Shown piece by piece: positions 27,084 through 39,504 of a DNA stretch of 64,000 nucleotides. The translations under genes and the position numbers were made by a program. The notes below the pieces were generated by a model. That model was not told the DNA's origin and ran no database searches. It saw only the letters and a list, made by a program, of their open reading frames with translations. The DNA is from Schmidtea polychroa (Eukaryota), in assembly GCA_044892525.1 (NCBI GenBank), contig CM097885.1, forward strand, positions 237,586,001 through 237,650,000, written 5' to 3'. Every line of letters starts with the position of its first letter. Position 1 is the stretch's first letter.

Positions 27084-27833
27084 TCATTTTTCCCACTCGG
27101 TATCCCGTAATAATTCGTCGATGTCGAAAAATTCGCAGGCATTTTCCTCCCATACTACGCCAGCAGCCGAGATAATCCGTGCTGGGATTCCGGTGGTTAG
27201 ATCTATCACTGCGGGGTTGACGTTTCGGGGAGTTGGGGGTTCCATCACGGTAGTGCTTTGCTGGATGTTCGCTCGTTCGCGCTGTCGTCTCTTACGCTCT
27301 GCCCGCGATAACTGCTTACGCTTTGGTTTCGACGATGATTGATTTCTCTGTGGCACAGCAGTAGTAGGTGCGCTTTCAGTTTGTACTCTGCTTGTTCCCG
27401 TGATGATGAGATCTGGGTCTTTTGGTGAGAGTTCCGTCTCCACACACTGTCGGCAAGATTTCTTGGGAGAAGACGGCAATTTGGCAGAAGTATCATGGTG
27501 CGCCGGAAAGAGCTCATCGGCTTCGCGAATAGGGATAATTACGATTTTTCTAGTGGTGGCCGCTTGCAGGTACACCTTGTGCAGGGCCTCGGACTGCTCC
27601 TTGATTAAGCTTCTTTGTGACCGACTCCCGGAGATGAGAGCCTCACGGCAATGTTCACTTCGATATAATTTCTTCTGGATTTCCTTCATTTGAGTGGGGG
27701 TGAACCAGGTGCCCTCCAACTCATCTATCTTTCTCTTATAACGTCCTATCTGGGCTTGTAAGTCTTTGATCACTACATTCTTATCTGAGCAAGAAAAACA
27801 GGGTTTGAGAACAGGTTTTGTGGTTGGAAACAT
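27084..27833 (-). CDS. LTR-encoded ORF-B homolog (249 aa): coiled coil, LEGTWFxP motif, CxxC pairs, Arg/Lys-rich motif
   Basis: ELEGTWFTPTQMK matches EFEGTWFSPEAMK, and SKPKRKQLSR matches SKPKRKRLGR, in L2 ORF-B. GC-rich relative to the flanks and preceded by a splice acceptor. Confidence 0.75.
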   Translation of the reverse strand: MFPTTKPVLKPCFSCSDKNVVIKDLQAQIGRYKRKIDELEGTWFTPTQMKEIQKKLYRSEHCREALISGSRSQRSLIKEQSEALHKVYLQAATTRKIVIIPIREADELFPAHHDTSAKLPSSPKKSCRQCVETELSPKDPDLIITGTSRVQTESAPTTAVPQRNQSSSKPKRKQLSRAERKRRQRERANIQQSTTVMEPPTPRNVNPAVIDLTTGIPARIISAAGVVWEENACEFFDIDELLRDTEWEK

Positions 27834-29447
27834 ATCTGATGGCTATAAAGAAAAGATAAATCTAAATAGGATAAACTAAATTTATAAGGTCATCATTCCG
27901 ACACGACTATTCGCTGATTATACCGAATGTTCCGACAAGAAAGGAAACGGGGTCGGTCGATAAAAGAATTCTCCCCCCATATGATCGATCTTTAGTCCGT
28001 TTGGATTAATTACTTACAAAAATCAACCGACAACATAACTTTGCCTAATGAATGTAATGCATTATAGTTAAAAATGGAAGCTCTATATTTATGTGAACTT
28101 ATCAATAATTAAACTTTCCTTGAAAATTGTTAAATTGCATTCAAGAACTCTAACAAAAATAAAGGACTACTTTACAAAAGAAAATTATTTAATATATGGA
28201 TTTGGTGGATTCCGCTGGTTAATTAATTTTAATTAATCATCATTCATACGTATTAAATTTAAAGGTTCCAAAATTTGGAATTAAAATTTACAACCGCACG
28301 CTATCGGTTATCGGTAACCAGTGTAAATTTCTCTCTGGCTGATGATTCTTATCTATAGTCTGAGACTAGATGTTACGCACTGAGTGGAACTTCTCATGGT
28401 AATTGCTTAATGCAGATTTACCTACTGTTGAGTCAAATCATGGAAATAGCCTAATGGGTGTGTCACGTGGAAAATTCTCATATGATTAAGTAGGAAAATC
28501 GCTGTGTTATCGCCGATGAGTATCCCAGATGGATTTGCTACTGAACTCGTACTACATGTGTTTACGTGTGTGTGAGTATAGTTACTCTACTACATTTTAA
28601 CCCGATTAGCATTCTGGATTTGTTTGGCTGATGCTAGATTACACTATACTGGTCCTCTCTAACATGAAAAATTTAAGCATCAATCACTATTGTTGGATAT
28701 ATCGCTTCGTGGAAGTTTATTTCAACTATTCTGGATGTCTTTACCTATCTCAATTCGTTGATGGCGACTATTTCTGGAAGTTAAACAATTTAAATTTTCC
28801 ATGCATTGGCTCATATACAGGTATTTCAAAAATAGTTTTCCCTTTGTACTTGAATAAAAATCTTTTATATGTATTCGCTTATTTTTCAATTACAATTTTC
28901 GATAGTAATATGTTCTACTATATGCTTATCCTACTGTCAGAGCAAGTGTTATAAAACTGGATTCGTTGTTAAATTCGAGTGCGGGTGACTATTTCGAAAA
29001 GACGAAAATAATTGGTTAATAGATGATGCTTGCCCCATTAGCGAAATTGCACCGTCTGGAATCTACAGCTGATGATGATATTAGACTGCTAAAACACGAG
29101 AGCTACAGAACGATCGCAGATGTGAAGATTTTAGACTCGCTCAGTCACTGTAGATCACTACTACTACGACTATCTCATTCAATTAGATGTCACTACTCTC
29201 CTTCCTTTCCATTCTTCTATATATTTTATGTCACCTTCAGCGATTGGACCCGTGAAGAAGCCTTCACATTTCGGCCCAATCTAGCTGCGTGATTGAAAAA
29301 CTCCATGTCCACCGGCTAAGCTCCCGAAAGCACCTCACACCATGACATGGAGTATCTCAACGCCACGTTTCTCTTTAATATTAAAAATCATAAAACAATC
29401 ACTTCATAAAAATAATCATAAAAATTATGTAATAGTTCACCTGTTAC

Positions 29448-31944
29448 TATAGTTCCTCTACCGGTAAAAACCTTTACCGTTTACCGGTAAATTGCGCATT
29501 TTTACATTACCGTTTACCGGTAAAAATATTTACTAAATTACCGGTAATACGGTTATTGTGCAAAATAAAAAAATATTATATTTATCCTATAACAATAAAT
29601 ATAAAAACCAGTAAAACTGAATTACTTAAAGAACTGTGCATGTGATTTTGTGATTTTTTATTTAAAATAAATAATATTTCGTAATACATAGAAACAAATT
29701 TTTAGAAACAAAAAATCTCGTAAGTAATATAAGATTTATCTATAACGTTATTGATTTATTATTAAAATAAAATTATATTGAAAAATTAATATTTTTTAAT
29801 AAAAAGAATATTGTTTAAATAGAATATGGGTTCTTCAAATGTTTGGGAGCATTTTGAAAAGCGAAAAGACAGTAATAAAGAAGCTATATGCAGATTATGT
29901 AAAAAATCTATTAAATGTGATGGTGGTTCAACAAGTGGAATGATTTCGCACCTTAAACTTGTACATAAAATTTTGATCAAAAAAGCAGCTGATAATGATG
30001 CAGGTCCTAGTACTTCTGCCTCTACATTTAAAAAGGATAAAATATTAATATCCAGTTATTTACAACGTCAAACTTTAGAAGAGATTGTGTCTAGACTAAT
30101 TGCTTTAGATGGTTTCTCTTATTATGGCGTCACAAATTCGTCTGTCATTCGGCAAAGTATAAATAAACTAGGACACAAGCTTCCAAAAAATTCAACGGGC
30201 ACGATGGAATTGGTAAAAGTTTATTACGAAAAAATAAAAATACAACTTGTAGAACAATTACAGTCCAAAATTTCTATTGGGAAACGATTTTCGCTGTCTG
30301 TAGACGAATGGACAAGCATCAAAAATAGAAGATATTGCAATATTATTTTGTATGATGACAAAGAAAATTACAATCTTGGTTTAGCAAGAATAACTGGAAA
30401 ATGTGATGCAAAAAATATTCAGGCAATAATAAGAAACCGATTAAATGAGTTCAACGTAGATTTTGATCATCATATTTTATGTTCAATCAACGATGGTGCA
30501 GCAGTAATGCAAAAATATAATAGAGAAAGTCCAGTTGAACCGGTATTATGCTTAAACCATGCACTACATTTATCAGTAACCAAGTTTTTCTACCAAAAAT
30601 ATGTTGATGAAACTGACCAGAGTTCAATTGCAAATGAGAAAGACATTATTTTGGAAGAGGAATATGACAGTGACGCTGACATTGATGATGGTGACTCTGC
30701 TGAACCAGATAACCATATGATAATTGAAAAGATAAACGAGGCAATTGAAAATGATGAATACAGTCATTCAATTTTTTTCATTCAATTGCAAGCCTTACGC
30801 AGCGTCATTAAATATTTTCGATTATCGTCATTGAAAAATGATTTTTTGCAAGAGAAGATAAAAACTCGACTTGGCAAAGAACTGGAATTAAAAATAGATA
30901 TAAAGACACGTTGGAATTCCATCGATCCCATGATAGAACGATATTTACAAGTAAAAGAAGAAGTAAAAGAAGCCTTAGAATATTTTAATTCTCTTCATTT
31001 GTTAGCCAGAATAGACGAAAAATATTTGATAAACATTCAAAAAATTTTAGAGCCAGTTCGGATTGCCGCAGAAGCCTTAGCAAGAAATGATGCTACACTA
31101 TTTACCGCGGAAAGTGTAATTGAATTGTTATGTTCAACATTGGAAAAAAATACCGATTCACCAATAACTTCTAACTTCTTAGTTGGTTTGAAAAGAGAAA
31201 TTGATAAAAGACGTAATATTAAATTATTGTCTCTTGTACAGTACATGCTTCATCCAAAAAATTTAATGAAACGAAATGTTCACTTTGATTACTGTTCAAA
31301 GTTATCGACAGTGGCATTTGGGAAAAAAATAATTGAAAGATTATTCAAATCAGATGAGTCAGCAAAATCAGATTCAGAAGATAATGTCGAGACCGACCTT
31401 TTAAATAGTGACTTGAAATCTCAATTTCAAAAAGCTATTTCTACAGCTATGGTTTTCATTTCCAGTAAACCAGTAGAATTATTATCATCAGTCCAGAAAG
31501 AGTTTTTAATTTTTGAAGTATCCGGGGAAAAAAGTCATAATCTCACACTTTTGTTCGAAGCTCTGCAAACCACAAAACCAACATCTACAGACAATGAAAG
31601 AACATTCTCCATAGCGAGCCGAGTTTGCACTAAAATAAGAACTAGGTTATCGGATGAAAATTTGCACATTATCGTTTTCCTTAAATATTTCTTTTTGAAA
31701 CAAAATGTTAACAAAAATAATGAATAATTTAAATTTTTGTATTTAGTTCTTTTCTTGAATGATTTCTTTTATATAATATGTATGAAATAAACATATTGTA
31801 ATGTTTTTTTTTCAATTAAACCATGATTTTGTTTTAATTTCTGGTAAAATGTTTATTACCGAAATTTACCGGTTTTACCGGTAATACGATTGTTAATTTA
31901 CCGTTTACCGGTAAAATAAAACATACGGTAATTGAGGAACAGTA
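29448..31944 (+). mobile_element. Full-length hAT DNA transposon nested in LTR L1
   Basis: Imperfect TIR TATAGTTCCTC / GAGGAACAGTA; exact 8-bp TSD cctgttac; subterminal TTACCGGTAA arrays at both ends. Confidence 0.95.
29826..31727 (+). CDS. Intact hAT transposase (633 aa) with BED zinc finger
   Basis: VWEHF..CRLC..HLKLVH (BED); SVDEWT, INDGA, CLNHALHL, TRWNS and DNERTFS (DDE plus CxxH and W). Confidence 0.95.
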   Translation: MGSSNVWEHFEKRKDSNKEAICRLCKKSIKCDGGSTSGMISHLKLVHKILIKKAADNDAGPSTSASTFKKDKILISSYLQRQTLEEIVSRLIALDGFSYYGVTNSSVIRQSINKLGHKLPKNSTGTMELVKVYYEKIKIQLVEQLQSKISIGKRFSLSVDEWTSIKNRRYCNIILYDDKENYNLGLARITGKCDAKNIQAIIRNRLNEFNVDFDHHILCSINDGAAVMQKYNRESPVEPVLCLNHALHLSVTKFFYQKYVDETDQSSIANEKDIILEEEYDSDADIDDGDSAEPDNHMIIEKINEAIENDEYSHSIFFIQLQALRSVIKYFRLSSLKNDFLQEKIKTRLGKELELKIDIKTRWNSIDPMIERYLQVKEEVKEALEYFNSLHLLARIDEKYLINIQKILEPVRIAAEALARNDATLFTAESVIELLCSTLEKNTDSPITSNFLVGLKREIDKRRNIKLLSLVQYMLHPKNLMKRNVHFDYCSKLSTVAFGKKIIERLFKSDESAKSDSEDNVETDLLNSDLKSQFQKAISTAMVFISSKPVELLSSVQKEFLIFEVSGEKSHNLTLLFEALQTTKPTSTDNERTFSIASRVCTKIRTRLSDENLHIIVFLKYFFLKQNVNKNNE

Positions 31945-34662
31945 CCTGTTACTAATAAATACTTTTAAACATTTGACTTATTTACGTTATCAAAATTATT
32001 ATTCGGGATCAAACGAAAAGAGAGTCTGTTTTAATTTAAAAATTTTAATTGTTCATTAAATATACATAATTACTGTTAACTTCGAAACCAAATATAATAA
32101 ATAAAATCCCTTACTATGGAATTAGGCTGAATCGAAAAATTAATGTTAGTCGTTCCAAATTAGTCTGATAGTGGTCCGTCGAATGTCGATTGCTGTGACA
32201 GATAGTATTTTAACGTTGAACTGATTTCGAATTGTTGTGAAGTTTTCCGAATTAACTGTTACTCTGCTAGTATTGCTGATCCTTGAAATAAGTCTCCGTG
32301 AGTTGTAGATGTCTCTATAAAATGCTTGGGGTTAACAGTATAATTTAGGCATTCTCTCTTACCTATAAAATGCTTGGGGTTAACAGTAAATTTAATGATT
32401 TTGGTGGCTGTATATATAGCAAATTCTTATTTGTGCGGACCAATCAGAGTTGAGTACCGCTTATTTTTTTCAATTTAATATATTTTTTCTTGTTTTTAGG
32501 TTATTTTTCCTTATTTTCTTTATTTTTAATATGTTTTCTATTTATTTCCTTAATTTCCTTATTATTTATTAAATTTTTCCTTATTTATTCGTCAACTTAT
32601 TGTTCTATTTTAATCTTTTCTTAATTTTATTTTTTGTTTTAATTCTTATGTCTTAATTATTATTTTTCTTATATCTTATTCTATTTTATTCTTAATTTCG
32701 TTTATTTTATTTTTATTTTCCTTAATGTTCTACTTTCTTACTTTCCTATTTTTCGAAAATTAAAATTTCGACTCAGCCCAACAATCACATTAAAATATAA
32801 TGAAATAAATATTATCTAGGGGCGTCAATGAAGTATCATTTTTCGTAGTTAATTGTATTTTACAGTCAGTTCTTCGCCATCAGCATCAGTGTTATAATTA
32901 TTTGTATGATCAGAGCAAGTATTGCGAAGGGTATTCAAATCCACTCTCTTAACAAGACTGAATATTCAATAAAAATCTAAGTTTTGAGTTCAAGTCATTG
33001 AGACACATGAATTTCATTGTCTTCTTTTTCTAATTTTTTTTAAACTTCAACTTCACATTCTAAACATTTGATTTTGTCATTGTTAACGGCGCATTCACAC
33101 AAACTATAGCGTATTGTGTTGATTTGTATTTTCAATGCGTCAAGATCAAGTGCCGCATCCGTGAAATCCATGCTGGTGTCCCGAAAACGTTTATTAACCA
33201 ATCAGTTTTTGGATAAAGTGAATGCAGAAATACATTAAGGTCAAAGAGCGAAATATGATTGGAATTGAGTTTACCAAGGAAGAACTGCGTTGAGATAAAG
33301 AGCAAACTCACCAGGACGACCATAAAAAAAGCTGTGTCGGATGGAGAATGATATCTATGACGGACTCATTCCGGTTGCAGATGAAGAATTATCACCTCCA
33401 TGGGAATACGAATGGAGACGAGAACTCCTAAGATATCTTAAACAAGAGCTGCTGGTACTGACGAATTGACCCTGACGTTGAAGCCACTAGGAGCGGAGCA
33501 GATCCTGAATTCGGAGCTCCTGTGAATCTAATCACTAACTAGCTAACTTATTTTATCATAGGATGAATTATAATGAATATAATAATAAATAGATTTGTTT
33601 TGAAACCACATCCAATTCTAGTCTAAAACCAAGATATCTATGTCCCAAAAACATTTAATATTTATCGACAATCACACAAATGTCATCATTAATGGGCAAA
33701 ATAAAACAACATGCCAGAGCAGGAAGCTCGTCGAGCGTTAATCTCCGTGCTATCTGCGCAACCAACAGGTAAGAAGCTTAATAATTTGAGGTATAATAAA
33801 TGGGTCAGTGCGTATGGTGAGGAGTCTTGTTGGTGGGACACACCCGAAAGACGGTAAATGAACTTGAGAGTCAGAAACCTTGTAGGACTATCATTGAATA
33901 GAATAATACAAGCAATCAGAAAATCGATTGTCTATGAAACAATTGTCTGGCAGAATATTAACAGCGTGCTGATAGTACACCCACCTTTTATTCACCAACC
34001 TCAATTGATACATTGCCAACGCTGTGGGGGAACTTAAATAAACAACGTGAATTTCTTTTGTAGATGGGTTGAGTTGGCCACTACAATCGATGGTAATTAA
34101 CATCGGCCTACAACCAGCCTTACGATCCCCAGTTAAAATGCAGTTCATATTTTATTTTAATTTGATAATCTTAGAATTGTTCAAATTTTAACTGATGCAG
34201 TTATAATTAAAATAATTTATTAAAAAAATTTTAATAATGAAAAGCTTTTCTGTATAAAAACTAAAAAATATAAAAGTAAAATTAAGCTTATGTTCTTCGA
34301 TAATTGATTTAAGTTATTTAAAGAAAAATAGCTTGCTTTTTAATAAAATGATTAATTCCAATTTTACATTTTAATTTTCAATTACATATTTATTCTATTT
34401 ATCGATGAAAATTATTTTTTTGTTTCTTTAGTTCACATTTATTTATTTAGTTTTTGCTAACTAATTATTAGCAATAAAATATTTAAATATGCATTCCAAA
34501 TGTTACTAATTTAATTTTTATATTTAATTAAATGTTATATTTTAATAATCTATATATTCATTTAATTATATTGTACATTTCATATTTAGTTTATTCGCTT
34601 ATAAGATATCTGGGGTTTAAGAAAATATATGGTATTCTGATAAATTCCTTTTATTATTTATT

Positions 34663-35803
34663 ATGGCCAGTGAGTGCAACGAATCAGTTTATAATTCAAT
34701 TAATGGTCAGCAGGATAATGAAAGTAGTAAATATTTTAAAATGATTAAATTTATAAATTTTAGGCAATAGTGAAGATGATTTAATTGACTTAGATAAAGT
34801 TCTTCCTGTAGAAAAAGATTCTAATTGGCTATTAGAATCAAATAATAATGGTTCAGATTTTTATGTTTCCTTTAAAGAATTACGATTTTCTAATCCTTTA
34901 ATTAAAAATGTTATAAATAATATTTATTTAAATGGAAAATCTAAACACGTTTTACATCATTTAATGTATTGGAATGATCGTATGACTATTAGCTGTGATA
35001 ATTATGCATATTTATGTACTCCGTACAAATCAGTCAAGGAATCTAAAAAAAGACTATCTTTGTCAATAAATGGCTCACGCGTAGTTGAAGATGACAGTGA
35101 AAGCCCAACCGATTCATTAAACAGTAATGAATCATTGCATAAAATTAATGTCGGTAATGTAAATAATACTGGTCATCATATCGATTTAATCAATGATAGA
35201 ATGACTCAATCAAGTATCACTGATTACAATTTGAAACAATATGTGCCGCAGGAATCTGAGAAGCTACCATCAACAAAAAATTCTTCATCACAAAATGTTC
35301 TCAGTCGCACTTATGACAAAGAAGACCTTGAAATTCTCAAACAGAATCAAGCATTTTCTCACAGTGTTTATGTGCCACATATATCTGGATCAAAAATTGA
35401 ACAGTATTCAGAAGTCGAATCCCGTGAAAAAGTTCCAATTCAAAGAAATCTGTCATTACGTAAAAAAAATACAGAAACTTTTAAATCAAGTTCATTTAAA
35501 CGTCTTTTTCCAACTGCAGATTCTAGTAAAACAGCAAAAGATTCGATAATAAAACCGCGCCCGAATAGTATGTATCAAATGGATAAACTGAGTAAAAATA
35601 CAATTGATAGATGCGTTAAAATAAGCCAACAAAAATCATTTAATATCAATCCGAGATCTTTATTTAGAACGAATGAAAAGATTTTCGACGCAGATGTTTT
35701 AACTCCGATCAATTCTCCTCGTAATCTAAAATATTTCAGTAACAATAATAATAATAATCGAGAGTCAAGAATGAAATATTTAACGAAAAGAAATGATAGA
35801 TGA
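34663..35803 (+). CDS. Uncharacterised host protein, about 360 aa, Ser/Asn/Lys-rich (exons 34663-34705, 34764-35803)
   Basis: The 279-aa ORF extends in frame upstream to a ttttag acceptor at 34763. A 58-nt phase-1 GT-AG intron joins it to ATG 34663. Confidence 0.65.
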
Positions 35804-36340
35804 TATTATGTTACAAATGTACCAAATATTTCTTGACAATTTGACATTACACGATTTAATCTTTCTACAAATAACATTCAATCTATTTTTCATGGCAATC
35901 TTGTTGAATTATTTTATTTGGTTATTTATCGCTGTTTATTTAATTATTTAAATCGAAATTATTTTCAAACTGTTCCTACTCTCGTTTTTTATAATTGATC
36001 AATTTAAACATTCTTGTGATAAGAGAAATTATAATTATTTAATGTAATGAGCAATTATTACGATCTGCAATATTAGCTTTAAAAGATTTTATATTTACAA
36101 TTTTATTTCAATGTTTGTATGAATAAACTATTAATTTTTCTGATGTTTTATCTTCATTATTTCAAATTTGGCATTTTATTTTTATTGTAAAGATACTTTT
36201 GATTGTTATTTTATAAGAATAAATGTTTTAAGCTTTAATTTGTAATTTTTCATTGTGAACAAAATGCAGTTTAAGTTTGCTAAATTATTTTGGGATGTGA
36301 TAAAGCAAAATGGTAATCATTCATTGCAATTACATAAGTA

Positions 36341-37250
36341 TTAGGTTGATAAATAAGAAATGTCGGATTTTACTGGTTGACTTTAAAAGAAAATGACTCA
36401 TTTCATATTAAAGTTTATTAATTAAAATAAAATACGTTACTATCTAAACACATTTTTGCAATTAGAAACAAGTTTGTTAATTCCAGCAACATAAAAATCA
36501 GGAGTTCTGGAGTTGACGAACTGGTTGAAGGCCAATTCAACATCACCTTGGTTTATAAAGTATTTCTTGATTAGGAAGTTGTTTAGATATTTCAAGAAAT
36601 AGAAATCTGTTGACCCCAGATCTGGCGAATAAGGTAGATGAAGCAAAGTTTCGTATCCAAACTCGTTCAAATTTTGCAGGGTCACTTTTGAAACGCGCGG
36701 ACGACTGTTGTTGTGTAGAATTATTGGTTTTTTCTGAAGATTAAAGCTGGCCACATACACTGAACTTTTTTATACATTTCATCGATTTCACAAACGTATA
36801 TCCTCGCCATAATCGTCTTGTCCGATTTCGGGAAATTGTGATGAATCAAACCGGCTTGTGATCACAAAACAGTCAATATTATTTTGATTTATGCAATTTC
36901 TGTTTTGCAAAATGTTTCGGCGTTCATTTTAATCCAATCATTTTAATCCAACAGGATCCATTTCTCATCACACGTTATAATCTGATTGATAAACGAATTG
37001 ATTCTGTTACGAATAAGCAGCGCCGATGATACTTCATAACGGCAATTTGTTTGTTTTTCTTGCAATTCGTGCGAGACCCATTTGTTTAGTTTTTTAGCAT
37101 TCCCCATTGCTTTGAGATGTCTCAGAACTTATGAATTTATTAGGACAAATTCCTTAGCAAGCTCTCTGAATGTTATACGTGAATTGGCTACCATGCACAT
37201 TATCTTCAAGGCTCTTCTTTCCATTTCCAAACCATTTGACCTATCATTTT
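36341..37250 (-). mobile_element. Degenerate mariner transposon
   Basis: TA-TTAGGTTGATAAATAAGAAATGTCGG end; HLPYSPDLGSTDFYFL (YSPDL motif) in ORF 36440-36760; upstream part frameshifted; far boundary approximate. Confidence 0.85.
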
Positions 37251-38373
37251 ACGGTACGTTAGTTAGTTATATTCAGGTCAAATGTTTCGTTCGTTTTGGG
37301 ATCTGTATCTGTTGCTTTTAGATCTCGTTTATATTCATGAAGGTAATTTGCTATGATTTCGTTGATTAATTACCTTAAATAATATAAACATTATCATCAA
37401 ATATAAAATATTGTTATTAAATTACTCGGTTGGATTCAAGGTTTAAATTGATTTACAATATGTATGGCATTAAATAATGAAGCATTTAAACAAGTATTAT
37501 ACGTTACAGTTCTACTATGCATCGTTTAAGACCATTTGCATTGAATAAATGCTCCACTATTTTATTTTATTACGTAATTAATTTTAAAACTTTATACAAC
37601 TTCAATCTAATCAACATTATTAAAATTATTATTTTTATCACTATATAGCGTGAACGCTTTATATTGCAATTGAATAACTAAAACCCATCACAGAACACTT
37701 TATTAAATTTTGATCACAATTAAAACTTTTTAAACTCTATTTGCACCTTTCTTTCGCAATAATTTATAAGGTATGTCACCCAATGGGTAATCAACTTTTC
37801 TGGTAAGATAATTTGTAATTTTCTTTAATTTCACTTAGCTTTTATTTTTCGTTTCTCTCGAAGCTTCGCAAACGTTAACAAATTCTTTAGTGTTTTATTA
37901 GCCAACTGACAATTGGTTTTTACACTTGAAAAAGACAGTTTCGAAAATTCGTGAATATCAAAAACATCGATATATTTACATTCGAAGCATTTCTTTGATT
38001 CATAAATCGTTCCAATTGCAGAGTTTTGGGCACATTTTTTATTGATTAAAGGTGTAGATGTTTGAAAGAAAAAGTGAATATATAAGAATAATAAATTAAT
38101 GTATTTTAATTTAATTAATTTAATAATGTATTTGAAATATAATTATTAAATTAATATATTTATTAATTTGAAAGTCATAGGCACTACAGTTGGTACCATT
38201 AGAAAGAATAAATGTTTACTAAATTTAAAAAGAAATATTGGAAATAAAATAAAAATAAATAAAATAAATATTACATCATCACGTGAGTTAATAAAAATAA
38301 TGAATTTTACAAATATATTTTTGTTGAATAAATTGGATAAAGATCTAACAAATATTTTTTGAGTAGTCCAAAC

Positions 38374-38436
38374 TTCAAACTAGAATATCGCAAAGACGAA
38401 TTACATTCTAATGCAGATGCTTTATCTAGATTCTAG
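38374..38436 (+). pseudogene. Ty3/gypsy RNase H C-terminal fragment
   Basis: Translates to FKLEYRKDELHSNADALSRF. Confidence 0.6.
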
Positions 38437-39136
38437 AATGAGTATTAAACAGTGGTCACAGTGCAGGGTGAATAATCCAGATGCAAAAGTTGAGGAAATG
38501 CAAACTTGAATATTGACAATGACCGGCTTTTTTTGAAAAAAATAATTTGCAATGTTATCGAAACTTACAAGCAAGTTTTTTCCAATTCATTTTAACACAT
38601 TCGCTGCCACACATCAATTTCTAATTTTTACTTGCAAGTGTTGGGCTAGAACTGATTTCTAGACCCAAACTTCTAATTATGACTGAAAGGTGTAGGTACA
38701 CAACATGCAAAAAGCAAAAAGTATAGCTAAATATTAAAAACAACACCAAATAAACAATAGTAATTAAAGGAAAAAACAACAAATAATAAACACAGAGTTA
38801 CAAAAAACAGACTCGAATAACTTAAAGGCGGTAAAAACAGTAAAAAATTCCAGAAAAACCCAGAACATTCCATAAAATGGCGATGACCATCACAAAAGCC
38901 ATCTAGAACAACAAAAGTTAGAAAAAATAAATAAATTAGTATTAAAAATAAAAAAATCTTAAAAAGAAATTCATAAAACATCAGTTAAAATAAAAATTAA
39001 ATTAAAATTAACATGGAATGTTCTGGAACCGTTCCAAATCCATCATGGACGTCGAATTAACAGAAAATAATTAAAAAATAAAAATTTAAAAATAAAAACA
39101 AAAATTATGGCACAAAAATTGCCATTAAAAATAGCA

Positions 39137-39245
39137 AAATAGAAAATTCTGGAATAAAAAGAATTCGAGTTTGTTTTAATGCATCAATACATACACGTGT
39201 ACAAAATAGGTATATATATATCATAATTTAATCACCATTTTATGC
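39137..39245 (+). promoter_or_regulatory. Putative LTR Pol II promoter (CACGTG E-box 39194-39199, TATA 39211-39220)
   Basis: A block of about 65 nt is identical in L5 (about 59823-59888), followed by a TATA and a pyrimidine-rich Inr-like TCAC. Confidence 0.6.
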
Positions 39246-39444
39246 CAATTTTTGAGAAAAATCTTGCCGACACAAATAGTAATGATTGTTGATTTATTTT
39301 TTCGATTTTATTGTATTGATGAATTAATTTTTCATTTTTATTGTATTAAGGATCTATTTTTCATTTTTATTGTAGTGATGGTTTATTTAGGAAAAATTAA
39401 AGTAATTGCATATTTTGATGTTTCTTACTTTTGATTTTCTCCAG

Positions 39445-39504
39445 GGATGTACGAATGTTCAACGGCGTACTGGTATTCCTGCGTCGTTGTTCAGTCCTGC
39501 ATCC
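39445..39504 (+). ncRNA. Conserved promoter-proximal hairpin (also 59595-59653, minus strand)
   Basis: GGATGTA..AACGGCGTA-CTGGTATTCC-TGCGTCGTT..TGCATCC; core identical in L2 and L5; G-U pairs fall on the ORF-sense strand. Confidence 0.55.

Larger units (their letters stand above)
26556..32783 (-). mobile_element. Giant solo LTR L1 (about 3.7 kb after removing the nested hAT), divergent family member
   Basis: Termini TGCTGGG / CCCAACA; exact 4-bp TSD ATCA (26552-26555, 32784-32787). Carries an ORF-B homolog and the terminal RNA structure; TATA (about 32413) and CCAAT (about 32442) lie near the TGTTGGG end. Confidence 0.85.

Noticed and set aside
28335..28545. TGATGA...CTGA pairs suggesting C/D box snoRNAs inside L1
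   Set aside because: Spacing is too short, there are no terminal stems or recognisable rRNA guides, and the motif is not seen in the other LTR copies.
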